A stretch of DNA of 63,981 nt, counting the filler, from Octopus bimaculoides (lineage: Eukaryota), in NCBI RefSeq assembly GCF_001194135.2. It is 5 parts of 5 records of this genome, joined end to end, with 100 filler letters (N's around TTAATTAATTAA, not from the genome) between each part and the next. Parts side by side here need not be neighbours in the genome. Positions count along the whole stretch, not along the records: positions 1 to 16,993 come from NC_068997.1; 4 more parts are not named here. The stretch is one strand, 5' to 3'. The notes beneath the pieces were generated by a model, which was not told the DNA's origin, did not search any database, and worked only from the letters and a program-made list of their open reading frames with translations. Each line of letters opens with the position of its first letter. Within the stretch, counting starts at the first letter, position 1. Below, piece after piece: positions 1-12,716 of the stretch. The position numbers and the translations under genes are program-made.

Positions 1-457
1 AATAACACAGGTACGACTTGTTTAGTTTTTTTCATTTTCAGATGAGGCGCTGGCATTGGCTGTGTGATTAACAAAGTTCGCTTTGCGGCCACGTGATTTC
101 AGGTTCGGACTGGCAGCGCGGCTCTTTGGGCGAGTTTCTTCAATGAATCTTCTACCATGGCCCAGGTTCATTCAATACTTTGTGAGAGAATTTGGTAGAT
201 GGAAGCCAGTCGCATTTATGTATAAATATAGTAAAATAAGGATTCGGATAGATTCAGGTACTTAAAACGATATGCACCAGGTAGGACGGGATAAACCTGT
301 GGTTCCGGCCTGTGGTTCCGGCCTGTGGTTGGTGAGTATCAAATAGAATATTCCGGTTATGTACACAGAGAAAACCAACCCTATGAGTATTATGTGCTTA
401 GGGGCTGGTCCAAAGCATGCATAACGTTAAATTGTACGTTGTTGGTATACTCTAAGG

Positions 458-666
458 CAGGGGTTCTCAGCCGGGGGTTCCCGACCCTCGTAGGGCGGAG
501 CCTTGGCGGAGTGGGGTCGCGTAGCTTTGCTAGAAGTGGCTTGGGATAATATTAATTTCAACTCATTAATTACATTTTTCATGAGCAGAGGCTCATAGTT
601 GGGGGTCGCGTGGGTTTCAGGCTTTTGGGTAAGGGGTCGTGAGTGCAAAATCGTTGGTAACCGATG
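458..666. mobile_element. hAT-type MITE
   Basis: Starts CAGGGGTTCTCA and ends with the degenerate TIR TTGGTAACCGATG; perfect 8-bp TSD CTCTAAGG (450-457, 667-674). Confidence 0.85.
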
Positions 667-992
667 CTCTAAGGTGTCCAACAAGTCGTAAATCCCCTTT
701 GTGTATTATAACCAAGTGAATAATAACAGACGATGAATAATTATCAGCTCATTATAGCTGTTTCTAATGCCTTTTTTAAAACAGAAGAATGAAAACATTA
801 TTCCATTACAAAAAACCGCAATCATCAGATGAAACGTAATTTTACAAACGAAAGAATATCCCAAGAATGTACTAATGTTCGCATTCTTCTATTTAACAAA
901 TGCGTAAGAAACTGCTGTAATGAACTGACAATATTCCATCGTCTGCTATTATTCATTTGTATGTGTGCGTGTGTGTGTTCTTTTAATTTATG

Positions 993-1361
993 TTCTTTTA
1001 CTTGTTTCAGTCATTTGACTGAAGTACCACACTGAAAGGATTTTTAGTCGAAGAAATCGACCCCAGGAATATTCTTTGTAAGCCTTGTACTTATTCTATC
1101 GGTCTATTTTGCCGAACGGCTAAGTTACAGGGACACCATCATCGGGGGATAAGCACAGACACTAAGACACACAAGCACACACACACACACACACACACAT
1201 AGGACAGGCTTCTTTCAGTTTCCATATATCAAATCCACTCATAAGGCTTTGGTTGGCCCGAGACTATAGTAGACACGTGTCCAAAGTGTCATGTTGTGGG
1301 TCTGAACACGGAACCATGTGATTGGGAAGCTAACTTCTTACCACGCAGCCACGCTTGCGCC
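993..1361 (-). mobile_element. tRNA-headed SINE, family A (near full length)
   Basis: Reverse complement of GGCGCAAGCGTGGCTGCGTGGTAAG...GTGGATTTG...GAAACTGAAAGAAG...GACTGAAACAAGTAAAAG; matches the copies at 8168 and 55625. Confidence 0.85.
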
Positions 1362-1649
1362 TTTTATATATTCTTTTAATTGTTTCAGTCATTAGATTGT
1401 GCCTATGCTGGAGNNNNNNNNNNNNNNNNNNNNNNNNNNNNNNNNNNNNNNNNNNNNNNNNNNNNNNNNNNNNNNNNNNNNNNNNNNNNNNNNNNNNNNN
1501 NNNNNNNNNNNNNNNNNNNNNNNNNNNNNNNNNNNNNNNNNNNNNNNNNNNNNNNNNNNNNNNNNNNNNNNNNNNNNNNNNNNNNNNNNNNNNNNNNNNN
1601 NNNNNNNNNNNNNNNNNNNNNNNNNNNNNNNNNNNNNCTTTTATATATT

Positions 1650-1958
1650 CTTTTAATTGTTTCAGTCATTAGATTGTGCCTATGCTGGAGCACCGCCTTG
1701 AGGAATTTTTAGCCGAATGAATCGACCTCGGTGCTTTTCTTTGCAATCTGGTACTTTTGGACACTTTTGGCGACCCGTTAAGTTACGGGGACACAAACAT
1801 ACAAGCGCTGGTTCTCAAGCGGTGGTGGGGGACAGGCAGACAGACAGATACAAACATACACACACATACACACACGCACGCACGAATACAAAGGACGGGC
1901 TTCTTTCAGTCTCCGCCTACGAAATCCAGTCGCAAGGCTTGATCGGCCCGAGGCTTTA
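1650..1958 (-). mobile_element. SINE family A (partial)
   Basis: Same body and tail as 993-1361, lacking the head. Confidence 0.75.
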
Positions 1959-2266
1959 GCAGAAGACAGGCATGTATGTATGCTTGTATGTATGAATGAA
2001 TGTATGTATGTGTGCGTGTTTATCTGTGATTGCGTTTATCTCCATCTGTAACATGTTTGTTTAACGCAGACGTAACATCAGCCAAACAGAGAGCATAGAA
2101 TGAATAACTGTTTTTTAAAACAAATACTGGGATCGATTTGATCGACTATAACTCATCAACGTGGTGTCCCAGCATAGTCGTTGTCTAATGACTGAAACCA
2201 GTAGTAGAGAGAGAGGGGGAGAGAGAAAGGGAAAGAACTAGAGCAGATATATATATACACACATAA

Positions 2267-2307
<41 letters not shown>

Positions 2308-4189
2308 TACACACACACACACANNNNNNNNNNNNNNNNNNNNNNNNNNNNNNNNNNNNNNNNNNNNNNNNNNNNNNNNNNNNNNNNNNNNNNNNNNNNN
2401 NNNNNNNNNNNNNNNNNNNNNNNNNNNNNNNNNNNNNNNNNNNNNNNNNNNNNNNNNNNNNNNNNNNNNNNNNNNNNNNNNNNNNNNNNNNNNNNNNNNN
2501 NNNNNNNNNNNNNNNNNNNNNNNNNNNNNNNNNNNNNNNNNNNNNNNNNNNNNNNNNNNNNNNNNNNNNNNNNNNNNNNNNNNNNNNNNNNNNNNNTGTT
2601 TATATCACGCAGCTTAACAATGCGACAACTAGAGATTGCGAGGGATAAGACCAAACTTCAAAAAAAAAAAAAAAAAAAAATTGGTGTCAAGAAAAGAGTA
2701 AATCTCCTTCAGTCTCTCCTAAGTTTTAATCGCCTTAAATAAAGAATGACATATTACACCATAATTAATCCATTTCTTGGCTTAACTCCATCTTCGGCTA
2801 GATCTCTGAATTTAGGATAATTTTCTCTCTTCCTCCCAATGAAACAGACCATAGATGCTGCCGTTCCTCCGCTGACTGTGCCATTAAAAATTTTGGGATG
2901 GTCATGGATGGAACGCTTTTGATCATAGGTGTAGTCAATTATCGCTGAGCTGTAACGTAAACACCGTCATTTAGAAACATAGGTTTCCATAAAGACACGA
3001 CAGCTTTTGTTCTAATTTCAAACCATTTTGATTTCACGCTTTTTAATTCTATAAATTATCAAATATTACATTACCCAATGTGACCTTCATTATTTTTTAG
3101 AGGTGATAATGAGTGATTTGAGGAAGAATTAGCAGTTATTTCAAGCAGATCGAGTGACCATATAAAGTCTCTTTCACTGGCGCGCTGGAGTGATAAATGT
3201 TTTGTGGGACCGGTAGAAAAAATGGCGAAAGCGTTAGCTTGACGAAAGTGAGGAAGGATCACAGAAAAGAAAACCCCCAAAAAACCTAACTCCCTCGCCT
3301 TTTCTGCAGATAATAATCTCTACTCCGATGAGACAGAGTAGAGAGGTGGTTCGGAGGGTAAGGATACTGGCTGTTTCCACCGCTGTTGGTTCACAAAGAA
3401 ACCTAATGGAGAGCAACCAGTACTTTGTCAGCTTTCGAATCTTATCTTGTCGGACGAAGAAGCCTAACCTAACACCAATATCAAACCATTTTTTTACCTA
3501 CGCAAATAATTTATGACTAACATTCAAGGTTGAAATTAAACATTTATTTTACACCAAAGTATGTAGAGACAGTTGTAGTTTGGAAAGTCTATGAGCCACT
3601 AGTCCATTTTCAGAGTAAATTTCAACCAAAATTATAGGGAAAAAAAGAAAATGAAGGAAAAATGTGAAGAAAAAACAACTTCCGGCGTTCTTTTTTCTTT
3701 CTTTCCCCTCCTGTCGTGATTTGTGAGATCCATTTCAACCATATAACCTCAACATTCTCTATTCTGGAAATGTCTTTTTGTAAATCCCCAAACATTCACC
3801 ACACCGGAAGTGGTTACTCTAATATTCTTGTGAGAAGTACGGTATTGTATAAGGAAGCCTTAGAAGTAAGTCAAAACCAAAAGTCTTGAAATACCTAAAG
3901 TTTCGAAGTACTTTAAATCTTGAAATACAAGAAGTCTGCCACTGACACCGGAGTAGAAAATAACACTCGTTGTAAAGTGACAAGCAAATAGAATGCAAAT
4001 AATAAATCAAAATCAAAAATACATTATTTCCTTATGCTTGACTCTATTTTACTATGTCTTTAAACATTCACTGTATTTGTCTGTCTGTCTTTTCTACAGC
4101 TTTATTTAGCTGTGACTGGGAGGAAATTGGATTTCTTTGAAGACATTAAAGAATTGCTACTGCACTTAGACCTCTTATTTCTGTCAATT

Positions 4190-5140
4190 GGCTCGTCGTC
4201 GTTGTTATTTTTGTTGTCGACGTAGTCGCTATCGTCGTAGTTGTTGTTATTGTTGTTGGAGGTGCTGTAGGTGAATAGTAGTTGGTGTTGTTGCTGGTAG
4301 TGGTGTTGTTGTTGATGGCGTTGGCGGCGCTGATGGTGGTGCTGGTGTTCCTGAGAATGGTAGAGGTGATAGTTTTGTTGGTAGTGAAGATGGTGGTTTT
4401 GATAATGGCGTTAGTAGTGGAGTTGAAGATGGTTTAGTCATATTTGTAGTACTGGCGGTGTAGGTGGTATCAATGCGGGTGTTAGTATTGTTGTTGATGT
4501 TGTTGTTGTTGTTGGTGGTGGTGATGGAACGGTTGTTGAATGGTGGTTAATATTGTTCACAATGGTGTGTTGTTGGTGTTGTTTGTGTTACTCACTCCAA
4601 ATCACTCCCCCCGCCCCGATTGAACGGACGTCTTAAGTTTTCCAGCCGTGACAGTCCAGTTTGTATGTCTATGACATTGTCCAATGTATCCTTTTTAAGA
4701 CAGTAGAAATATGATTTGAGAGAATTTAGTTGTTATTTCTTGCAGGTTAAATTGTCCTTTTTGTGGTGACGAGTTGTGCCTGCAGTTATTGTGAAGGAGA
4801 GAATGGTTGTTTGATCACACTGCAGTGTTGATGATCGAGGGGTAAATTGGAGGTAGTATGGTAGCCACAATAGTATGTTTATTGTAGTGTGGTGCCCACA
4901 GTGGTATGTTAGTTGTAGTGCTGTAGTCACAACAATGTGTTGCTGGCAGCAAGTTATAGTGGTCTGTTTATGGTAGTGTGGTCGATACAGCAATATGTTG
5001 GCAGTTGTTAAGTTAGTTGTAGTGTTTTTTGTGTGTTTATTATTGTTGTATTGTCTCTATTATATGATATGAACGTATCATTAGTAATAGCAAAGTCACA
5101 AGAAAGTTGTTGTTGTTGTTATTGTTGTTATAACATATTT
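4190..5140. repeat. GTT/GGT/GTA low-complexity trinucleotide mosaic
   Basis: Degenerate (GTT)n/(GGT)n/(GTA)n; source of the spurious Pro/Thr-rich minus-strand ORFs. Confidence 0.8.
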
Positions 5141-5878
5141 GTTAGCTAACCACGTACCTACTTCGTGTACATAACAATGATAACTGCTCGCGGCATATAG
5201 AGACCTTTATGAAGTAGCACAGCTAAGGGTAGGGCGGTCCGCCCCGGCCGATGCTTTTGTGGGGGCGGCACTTTTGGGCCTGATGTATAAGCTTGTATAA
5301 GCTGGGGGTGGGGTGGGGNNNNNNNNNNNNNNNNNNNNNNNNNNNNNNNNNNNNNNNNNNNNNNNNNNNNNNNNNNNNNNNGGGGGTGGAGGTGGGACTG
5401 GCAGGGCTTTCCCGGCAGCGCACATGGCTACTCTACTGTCTTCATGCTTGCTATTGTTGTTTCTGACGATAATGTCGACTTGGCAGACTCGACAGAGTGT
5501 TGTATGGAATGCCTCGCGATATTTGTTCCGGCTCTCTGTGCACTGAGTTCAAATGTCGCCAACATAAATTTTGTCTTTCATTCTTTCGGGGTCGATAAAA
5601 AAAGATGCCAATCCAGGGCAATGGAATGCAGAACTGTTGAGGCTCCAAATGGATGCCTTGCAGTATTTGTTGTGGCTCTTTGTATTCTGAGAGCAACACT
5701 AGCGACGTCACTGGTACCAAGCTGTATCGGATCTTACTATGCGTTGCCTTTTGACAAATATAGAGCAGAAACTTGCTGGTGTAGTTAACGACTTGTCTCT
5801 CACTAAAAAAAGACTTGCCTACACTTGGGCATACAAGTGCAGATGTATGGTCAATCCTGATTGACAGATGTTTTAGAT

Positions 5879-6264
5879 CAGCGATTCTCATCCGGCGTCC
5901 ATATGACCCATTGGGGTCCTCATAAGATTTTTGGGGTCCACACAAGCAAAATAGTAAATTGGGGATTCACAGTAGTATTTTAATTATTCATGAAAAGATT
6001 TTGTAGCAGGCGTATTTATGCATTGCAAGAAACAGCTGTTTCTTTCTCTAATGCTTTACATAATTCAATATATTTCTGGCCACTGAAACATGCTTTCTCA
6101 GATAGTGGCTATTGCAAACCTTCATTAGTGAAGTGTGAAAAAGTAAGAATTTTGAAGGAAGTATCAATAAAACTAACATTTAAACACAGAAAGACAATAG
6201 GGGGCCACCAAAATAAAATTGTTATCAAAGAGGTTCATAGGCGAAAAGTGGTTTAGAATAGTTG
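5879..6264. mobile_element. hAT-type MITE (old)
   Basis: CAGCGATTCTCA...TTTAGAATAGTTG degenerate TIRs; flanks TTTTAGAT/CTTCAAAT (5/8 match); internal GGGGTCC motifs shared with 6532-7004. Confidence 0.6.
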
Positions 6265-6531
6265 CTTCAAATGATATTGTCGTCTTGCGACACACAGTTT
6301 ATTCTAAACTACTTTTCCCAACACACGATTCAATTACACTCAGTAACCATACAAGAATGACCCTTGATCTTTCCTTATTATTCCCAGAAAGTGTGTGGAA
6401 ACGAACGTTACCCATTCTTTGTTATTCTCAGCAAATGTGACAAGCTCAATTCAACTGGATCCAGCCGCAGCCAGACAACCAGCCAACCAGCCAACCAGTC
6501 AGTCACTGAACTAACGAAGAAGCCTCTTCGT

Positions 6532-7004
6532 CAATGGTTCTCAACCAGAGTCCGCATGGCCCTTGGGAATTCTATATAAGATTTTATAGTTAAAATTTAT
6601 ATGTAATAATAGAAGAGGCCTCGTTGCAGGCTTCGTACCAGATGGCTAGACGTGAGTGGGGAAGATCTCCAGAGGCACAACATCAACTTGGAGTATGAAG
6701 AAGGGCTGGCACGGGACCGCCAGCGATGGAGAGCACTGGTGGACTTGGTCGGCTCTACGCAGGATGACGATTCTGGGACCACTATTTTGGGAGGACCCCA
6801 GCCTCATCAAGCAAGTGCATGAAGCAAAGCGAAGCAATAAACTGGTTATACTTTTTTCAATACACAAAATATTTTTATTCAGTTCCTAATATAATTATAA
6901 AAATAATAGGAGTTTTTAGACATTGAATGGTTCTGAGTCCCACAACCCCGAGCAAAACTGGTATCAAAGGGGTCCATAGATAAAAAAATGGTTGAGAACC
7001 CCTG
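6532..7004. mobile_element. hAT-type MITE carrying an RTE fragment
   Basis: TIRs CAATGGTTCTCAACCA / TGGTTGAGAACCCCTG; TSD CTCTTCGT (6524-6531) / CTCTACGT (7005-7012). Confidence 0.85.
6616..6835 (+). mobile_element. 5'-truncated RTE-clade LINE 3' end
   Basis: Frame 6616-6822 reads RPRCRLRTRWLDVSGEDLQRHNINLEYEEGLARDRQRWRALV...*, matching the RTE ORF C-terminal pattern RPRxxWxD...AxDRxxWR. Confidence 0.75.
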
Positions 7005-7420
7005 CTCTACGTAGTCATTCGACCGGAAGTAATTGCTGCCAAATCCTCCTCAAATGATTATCCTACGTTTTCGAAATGGTTAAACAAACACCATAAGCCA
7101 ATACTGAATACAATGTCAGAAAAGTAAACAGAGTGGTCACAGCTGGAGCGCCGATCGAATGACAAATGCTCGATACACAGGAAAATCTCTCTTACCACAT
7201 GTGTTTGCCATCGGACAACAACGGATGTGAAATTGGAGAACGGCAGCTCTAAACGACCAACAATTTTTTTTTTCTCTTTTTCATTGCATTTAAAAAAATT
7301 TTTTTTTTTACGAAATATGCGTAAAAAATATTTGCATATAATGCAGAAAAAGCAATTTTATAACACCAACAATACTGACAAGAATAATGTTAAAAACTGG
7401 AAATACAATTATCTCCCTTG

Positions 7421-8055
7421 CAGGCGTGACTATGTTGTAAGAAGCTTACTTCTGAACAAACATTTCTGAGTTCAATTTCACTGCTTGGTACCTTGGACAA
7501 CTGTCTTTCACTATAGCACCAGACAGACTAAAGCATCGTGAGTGGATTTGATAGGCAGAAACTGAAAGAAACCATTCAAGGCGGCGAGCTGGCAGAAACG
7601 TTAGCACGCCAGGCGAAATGCTTAGCGGTATTTAGTCTGCCGTTACGTTCTGAGTTCAAATTCCGCCGAGGTCGACTTTGCCTTTCATCCTTTCGGGGTT
7701 AATAAATTAAGTACCAGTTACGCACTGGGGTCGATGTAATCGACTTAATCCCTTTGTCTGTCCTTGTTTGTCCCCTCTATGTTTAGCCCTCGTCGGTAAT
7801 AAAGAAATAAGAAACTTAAAGAAACCAGTCGTGCATATATGTATGTATATATGTATGTATGAATGTATGTCTGTCTTTCTGTCTGTCTCTCTATGTATAT
7901 ATGTATATATATATATATATACAGACGCACCAATGCGCGTGTGTCTTTGTGTTTGTGTCGTATTTATCCCCCACTAGAGACAATTTGTTAGACTAAAGTA
8001 CTTCAAGGCGGTGCCTCAACATGGTCGCAGTTCAAAGATCGAAACAAGTAAAACA
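7421..8055 (+). mobile_element. Old SINE family A split by a family B insertion
   Basis: Head 7421-7574; after the insert it resumes with AAAGAAACCAGTCGTGCATATATG and a degenerate tail. Confidence 0.7.
7575..7817 (+). mobile_element. Young full-length SINE family B with 10-bp TSD
   Basis: AGGCGGCGAGCTGGCAGAAACGTTAG...GAGTTCAAATTCC (B-box-like)...CCTTTCATCCTTTCGGGG core...tail GTCCCCTCTATG...AATAAAGAAATAAGAAACTT; TSD AAAGAAACCA at 7565-7574 and 7818-7827. Confidence 0.9.
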
Positions 8056-8167
8056 GAAAAACGCTTATTTCAAAATATTCGTAAACTATTCGGAAATGAT
8101 ACAACAATAGAAATTCAGGCTTTCAAAATAAAACTTAAAATCATGAAACATGTCAAATAGACATATA

Positions 8168-8550
8168 CAGGCGTGGCTGTGTGGTAAGAAGCTTGCTTAC
8201 CAACCACATGGTTCCGGGTTCAGTCCCACTGCGCGGCACTTGGGCTAGTGCCTTCTTCTATAGCCTCGGGCCGATTAAAGACTTGTGAGTGGATTTGGTA
8301 GACGGAAACTGGAAGAAGCCTGTCGTATATATATGTATATATGTCTGTGTGTCTGTTTTGTTCACTACTACTGCTTATCAACCGCTGTTAGTGTGTTTAC
8401 GCCACCGTAAGTTAGCGGTTCGGCAAAAGAGACCGATAGAATAAGTATTAGAACTTAAAAAAGTTCTGAGGTCAATTCGTTCGACTAAAACTCTTTAAGG
8501 CGGTGCCCAAGCACGACCGCAGCCAAATGGCTGATACAAGTAAAAGAAAG
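8168..8550 (+). mobile_element. SINE family A (full length)
   Basis: CAGGCGTGGCTGTGTGGTAAG...GGTTCAGTCCC head, (TA/TG) middle, ...GATACAAGTAAAAGAAAG tail. Confidence 0.88.
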
Positions 8551-8729
8551 GCAACAGATAAAAGATACTCCATGTCTACAAAACATCTCCCCAGAGTACA
8601 GTATAGCAGTTGAACACTCTCACAAAAAATCCCCATTGGGAATACTTCAATGGACCCAGTAACCCTGGTTGTAAAATAATACAGACAACAAGCGAGGTGA
8701 CATAATATAATCGCACCTAAACTTTTATA

Positions 8730-8895
8730 TCCTTAACAATACGCACCAACACATTCATGCTTAACTCACTTGCTGCAATAAGTGATCTCCAGACATCACC
8801 TTCTACCTTCCTCCACCTAGGTACCACAGCCATTTGGCTAACACTTCCCTACCTGTCTTTGAACCATCTAACACTTGTCTAACAATTATGCATCA
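8730..8895 (+). mobile_element. Degraded LINE APE-endonuclease relic
   Basis: Frameshifted pieces APTHS...SPDITF...WLTLPYLSLNHLTLV resemble the EN C-terminal PT...SxPD...W...SDHxP motifs. Confidence 0.4.
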
Positions 8896-9269
8896 TCTAT
8901 CAATATATCGCACTCGCAAATCAACGAAGAATACAGAAAGCACTTTTACAAACCTAAAAACAAAACAAAACAAAAAACGAAAACGAATGAGTTGCACCAA
9001 GAAACCGAATCTAGGTTTACAGAATTCAACAACATTGTAATCATCGACATTGAAGTACATACACTCAACAAAATAATTATAAACTCATCAAAAACATATC
9101 ATAGAAGACAACATTAAAAAAGAAAAACTCGGCTTCAATTACACACTAGAAATAGCCAACCTCATAAAAATTAGTGACAACTTCAAACAGAATATACTGA
9201 CGTTATACAAAACCAATATAAAACTCAGCATCAAACAGCTAAACAAGGAAATAGCAATAACAACAATGG

Positions 9270-9285
9270 CAATAATAATAATAAC

Positions 9286-9342
<57 letters not shown>

Positions 9343-9343
9343 C
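9270..9343 (+). repeat. (AAT)n microsatellite
   Basis: Direct trinucleotide run. Confidence 0.95.
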
Positions 9344-9867
9344 TTAGAAAAACAGAAAACTAGCAATCATTTATATCCAACACAGACCACAAAACTTGCA
9401 GTAAATTACTACATAGAATAATTAGCTGTGTCAACAATATCAACAATAATAATGATCATATCACACTACGTGTTACAAAAGCGATCTTAAATATTATATC
9501 TACACTGTACCAAATAAATGCCCTTCGACATTTCTCGAAAGCACACAACAAAAGCTAAATAGTAATTTGGGGATCCACAGTATTGTTTTTAGGGTCCATG
9601 GAATAATGTTGCTTAAATTGCAAGAACAGAGCTAGGTGTTTTTTTCTCTAACGCTTAACACAGTTCAACATGTTTCTAGGTTTCTTTCTGTAACGCTTAA
9701 CATAGTGCAACATGTTTCTTGCTAACGTATGCAATTGAACGTATGAAAAACAAAATAGGAACTTTATTAGAAGTATCTTTAGAACCAGTTTTTAAAACAT
9801 CAAATAGCTAAGGGGGGGGGGGCTCCACCAGAATAAAATAGTAATCAAGGGGGTCAATAGATAGCAA

Positions 9868-10410
9868 ACTATGTCAGACCGACAAACCTGTGTAGTGTAC
9901 AGGAATACCTCCAAAACTTGTCTGCTCCCTAATAGTGTACCACAAGGATCTGTCCTCTCAATCGTTCTTTTCAGCCTATGCTTACACGATCTTTCCATGC
10001 CTCGGTTAAGGATACAGACAGCGTCTACACTGATGACATTACACACCATTTTCTAGAAGCTTTCACGCAACTGCTTAAGTCAACCAGAATATTAGTTCCA
10101 TAGCAACAGACTAAAAGTATCCCCTAGCTAATTCAATGTCTGCCTTTCTACCAGCGACATCAGAGAACATCAAATACGGCCCAGTCCACGCACTCCGTGG
10201 TATACTGTGTGTGTGTGTGCGTGCGCGCACACATACACACACACGCATGCAAAGAAGACAAAATATCTGAGGTTGTCAAATTTCATCTATAACATTCATA
10301 GCACATTTAGAGGACTATCAGATCTCTCAGAGACTATCACAGTTCTGTCTGGGCCCCCGATCTCTCTATAATAAGTCATAATAAACTATAAAACCTCGAG
10401 AAAGTGCACT
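9868..10410 (+). mobile_element. Degraded non-LTR retrotransposon reverse-transcriptase relic
   Basis: MSDRQTCV...NSVPQGSVLSIVLFSLCLHDL, then frameshifted VYTDDIT (10023-10043, YADD equivalent), NRLKVSP, KYL and SVWAP motifs. Confidence 0.8.
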
Positions 10411-10529
10411 AACCATTGAAGGGTTGCAAACAGTTCTTGTCACAACGAAAACCTTCGACGAAAGAAACGAAAAGTATTAAAAATGAAAGATCATTTGGAC
10501 ACGCCAGAAAGACAATCAAATTGGTCAAT

Positions 10530-10930
10530 AATTATCGGTTGCAAATTTTGGCAGAATGCCAGCAATTTGGCGGGAGGGTTAAGTCGATTTCGGGGAAGGG
10601 TTAAGTCGATTACTTCGACTTCATGCTCAATTGGTACTCGGCGGAATTTGAATTCAGAACGTAAAGTCAGACGAAATGCCGCCAAGCACTTTGCCCGCCA
10701 GTCAGTCAATAATTATTGATCTCACATTTTGGTACAAGGTCAACATGTTTGGGAGAGGAGGTAAGTCGATTACATCGACCCCAGTACTCAAATGGTACTA
10801 ATTTTATCGACCCCGAAAGGATGAAAGGCAAAGTCAACATCGGCAGAATTTGAACTAAGGACCTGAAGATGGACGAAATACCGCTAAGCATTTTGCACAG
10901 CGTGCCAGATTTTGCCAGCTCTCCACCTCT
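10530..10930 (-). mobile_element. Two tandem SINE family B copies
   Basis: Reverse-complement cores ATCGACCCCGAAAGGATGAAAGGCAAAGTC...AATTTGAAC...TTTGCCAGCTC. Confidence 0.75.
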
Positions 10931-11717
10931 GATTAGTTAATTATTATTTGTCATACAAAAGTACGACAAAGCCACAATCGTTATAATTTTAGCATATGTA
11001 TGCAATAATGGGTTACTAATAGTATTCACTACTAGAGAATGGCACTTGAAGCTTTACTTATGGTGGGATTTGAACTTAAATTTCCAGATCATCTTGTCTC
11101 GTATATAGTGCTTCTAACTGCATACAGTAGAATGTGATTCCTCCTCACATAAAATGTAGATAAAGTTACATTCTCATAGTACCCAATTATGACTGTATGG
11201 AGTCGAAATAGATGCTTTCGCTATAATTTATTTACACTAATGTCGAACATAACATCATACAGCATATATTTAAAGACTCGTCGATTGTACTTCTAACGGA
11301 GCCTATTCTCAGTTTACCGGATTAGCTTAAATGGCCTGATACGCCATCAGATTAGAATTTTGCTGATTACTACATTAAATTAAATACCATGACCGTGAAC
11401 ACAACACGGCGCTCGTCATGCAGAAAAATGTGTCGATTTCCAATGGTAAGCCGACACCGTATTGACTTCATTTAACTGTTCTTTAATGAATGGCAGCTAC
11501 TGAAACAAAAATCAGATGGTTTTTGTACATATATTACTTCTGATGGCTATATTGTTTATAAAGATTCAAAAGACACACACACAATCACCGCTGCAGCTGC
11601 CGTTATTGCTGTTTAGCATCAAGTGTGCACTGATCGAGTGAATCTATAATCAAATGCATTCTTGTTATGAGCGCTCCGTCATCTTTTTCAAAAACAATAT
11701 CCCTGAATTATATTAAA

Positions 11718-11937
11718 GACGGTGTGTTACTAAAAAGTTCCTGGCTATGGATAAAAGAAAATATTGGAGGATCAGTTAATTATGATTTTATTCAACATAT
11801 TCCCCTCTCAAATTCACATACTCATTGCAGCAGTCCTTCAGTTTTTCTAAGCCCTGTAAAAGAACTCGGAAGGTTGGGCCTCCCACAAGGCCTTTCGCAA
11901 CACCCTTAAACCCCGGAACTTTCCAGCACTCCCTCAT

Positions 11938-11938
<1 letters not shown>
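11718..11938. mobile_element. Mariner-type MITE
   Basis: Ends GGTGTGTTACTAAAAAGTTCC / GGAACTTTCCAGCACTCCCTCA; interior homologous to 30342-30530 and 37552-37767. Confidence 0.75.
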
Positions 11939-11968
<30 letters not shown>

Positions 11969-12136
11969 NNNNNNNNNNNNNNNNNNNNNNNNNNNNNNNN
12001 NNNNNNNNNNNNNNNNNNNNNNNNNNNNNNNNNNNNNNNNNNNNNNNNNNNNNNNNNNNNNNNNNNNNNNNNNNNNNNNNNNNNNNNNNNNNNNNNNNNN
12101 NNNNNNNNNNNNNNNNNNNNNNNNNNNNNNNNNNNN

Positions 12137-12171
<35 letters not shown>

Positions 12172-12549
12172 ATTTTTCTCTCTCTCTTTCACACACATAC
12201 ACACACACATTTATGTGTTGGATAATTTCTTAGTTTCTCGCATATTCCATTCTCCGTCTCTGTCATTTGTTATATATAATATGTATATATATATATATAT
12301 ATATATCATTAAATAGATGTACTAATGTATATGCTTTGTTTGTTTTCCAGCGGCTGCAATGGCGTAGCGGAGTATATAACTCTCATGTCGCCGGTGATGA
12401 AACCCCTTAGAGTCATGACCGATAGAATAAGTACTAGGTTTACAAAGAATAAGTCCTGGGGTCGATTTGTTCGACTAAAAGTGGTACTCCAGCATGGCCG
12501 CAGTGAAATAACAGAAACAAATAAAATAATAAAAGAAAAGAAGAAAATA

Positions 12550-12716
12550 TAATGGCCGTGCACTCGTGATTGAGGAAGACCATTGCTGACCTTTAGGAAC
12601 ATTGTGCACTCTAGGACTAATATTTTGCATTTGCGGCTCCGTTGATGGCTAATGAGTTCTGGTCTTGACAAGCATACACGACTGCAGACATTGCAATCCA
12701 AGCTTTCCCCATTCAC
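12550..12716 (-). mobile_element. RTE-clade LINE 3' end with C-terminal zinc finger
   Basis: Minus frame CNVCSRVCLSRPELISHQRSRKC resembles the CxxCxRxCxSxxxLxSHxR finger at the end of BovB/RTE-like ORFs, followed by an AATGGTCTTCCTCAATCACGAG-type tail. Confidence 0.6.

Noticed and set aside
3075-3090. Minus-strand mini first exon ATG AAG GTC ACA TTG G|GTAATG (MKVTL)
   Set aside because: Too short to distinguish from chance, and no downstream minus-strand exons were found.
4247-4441. Pro/Thr-rich minus-strand ORF
   Set aside because: Product of GGT/GTT low-complexity sequence.
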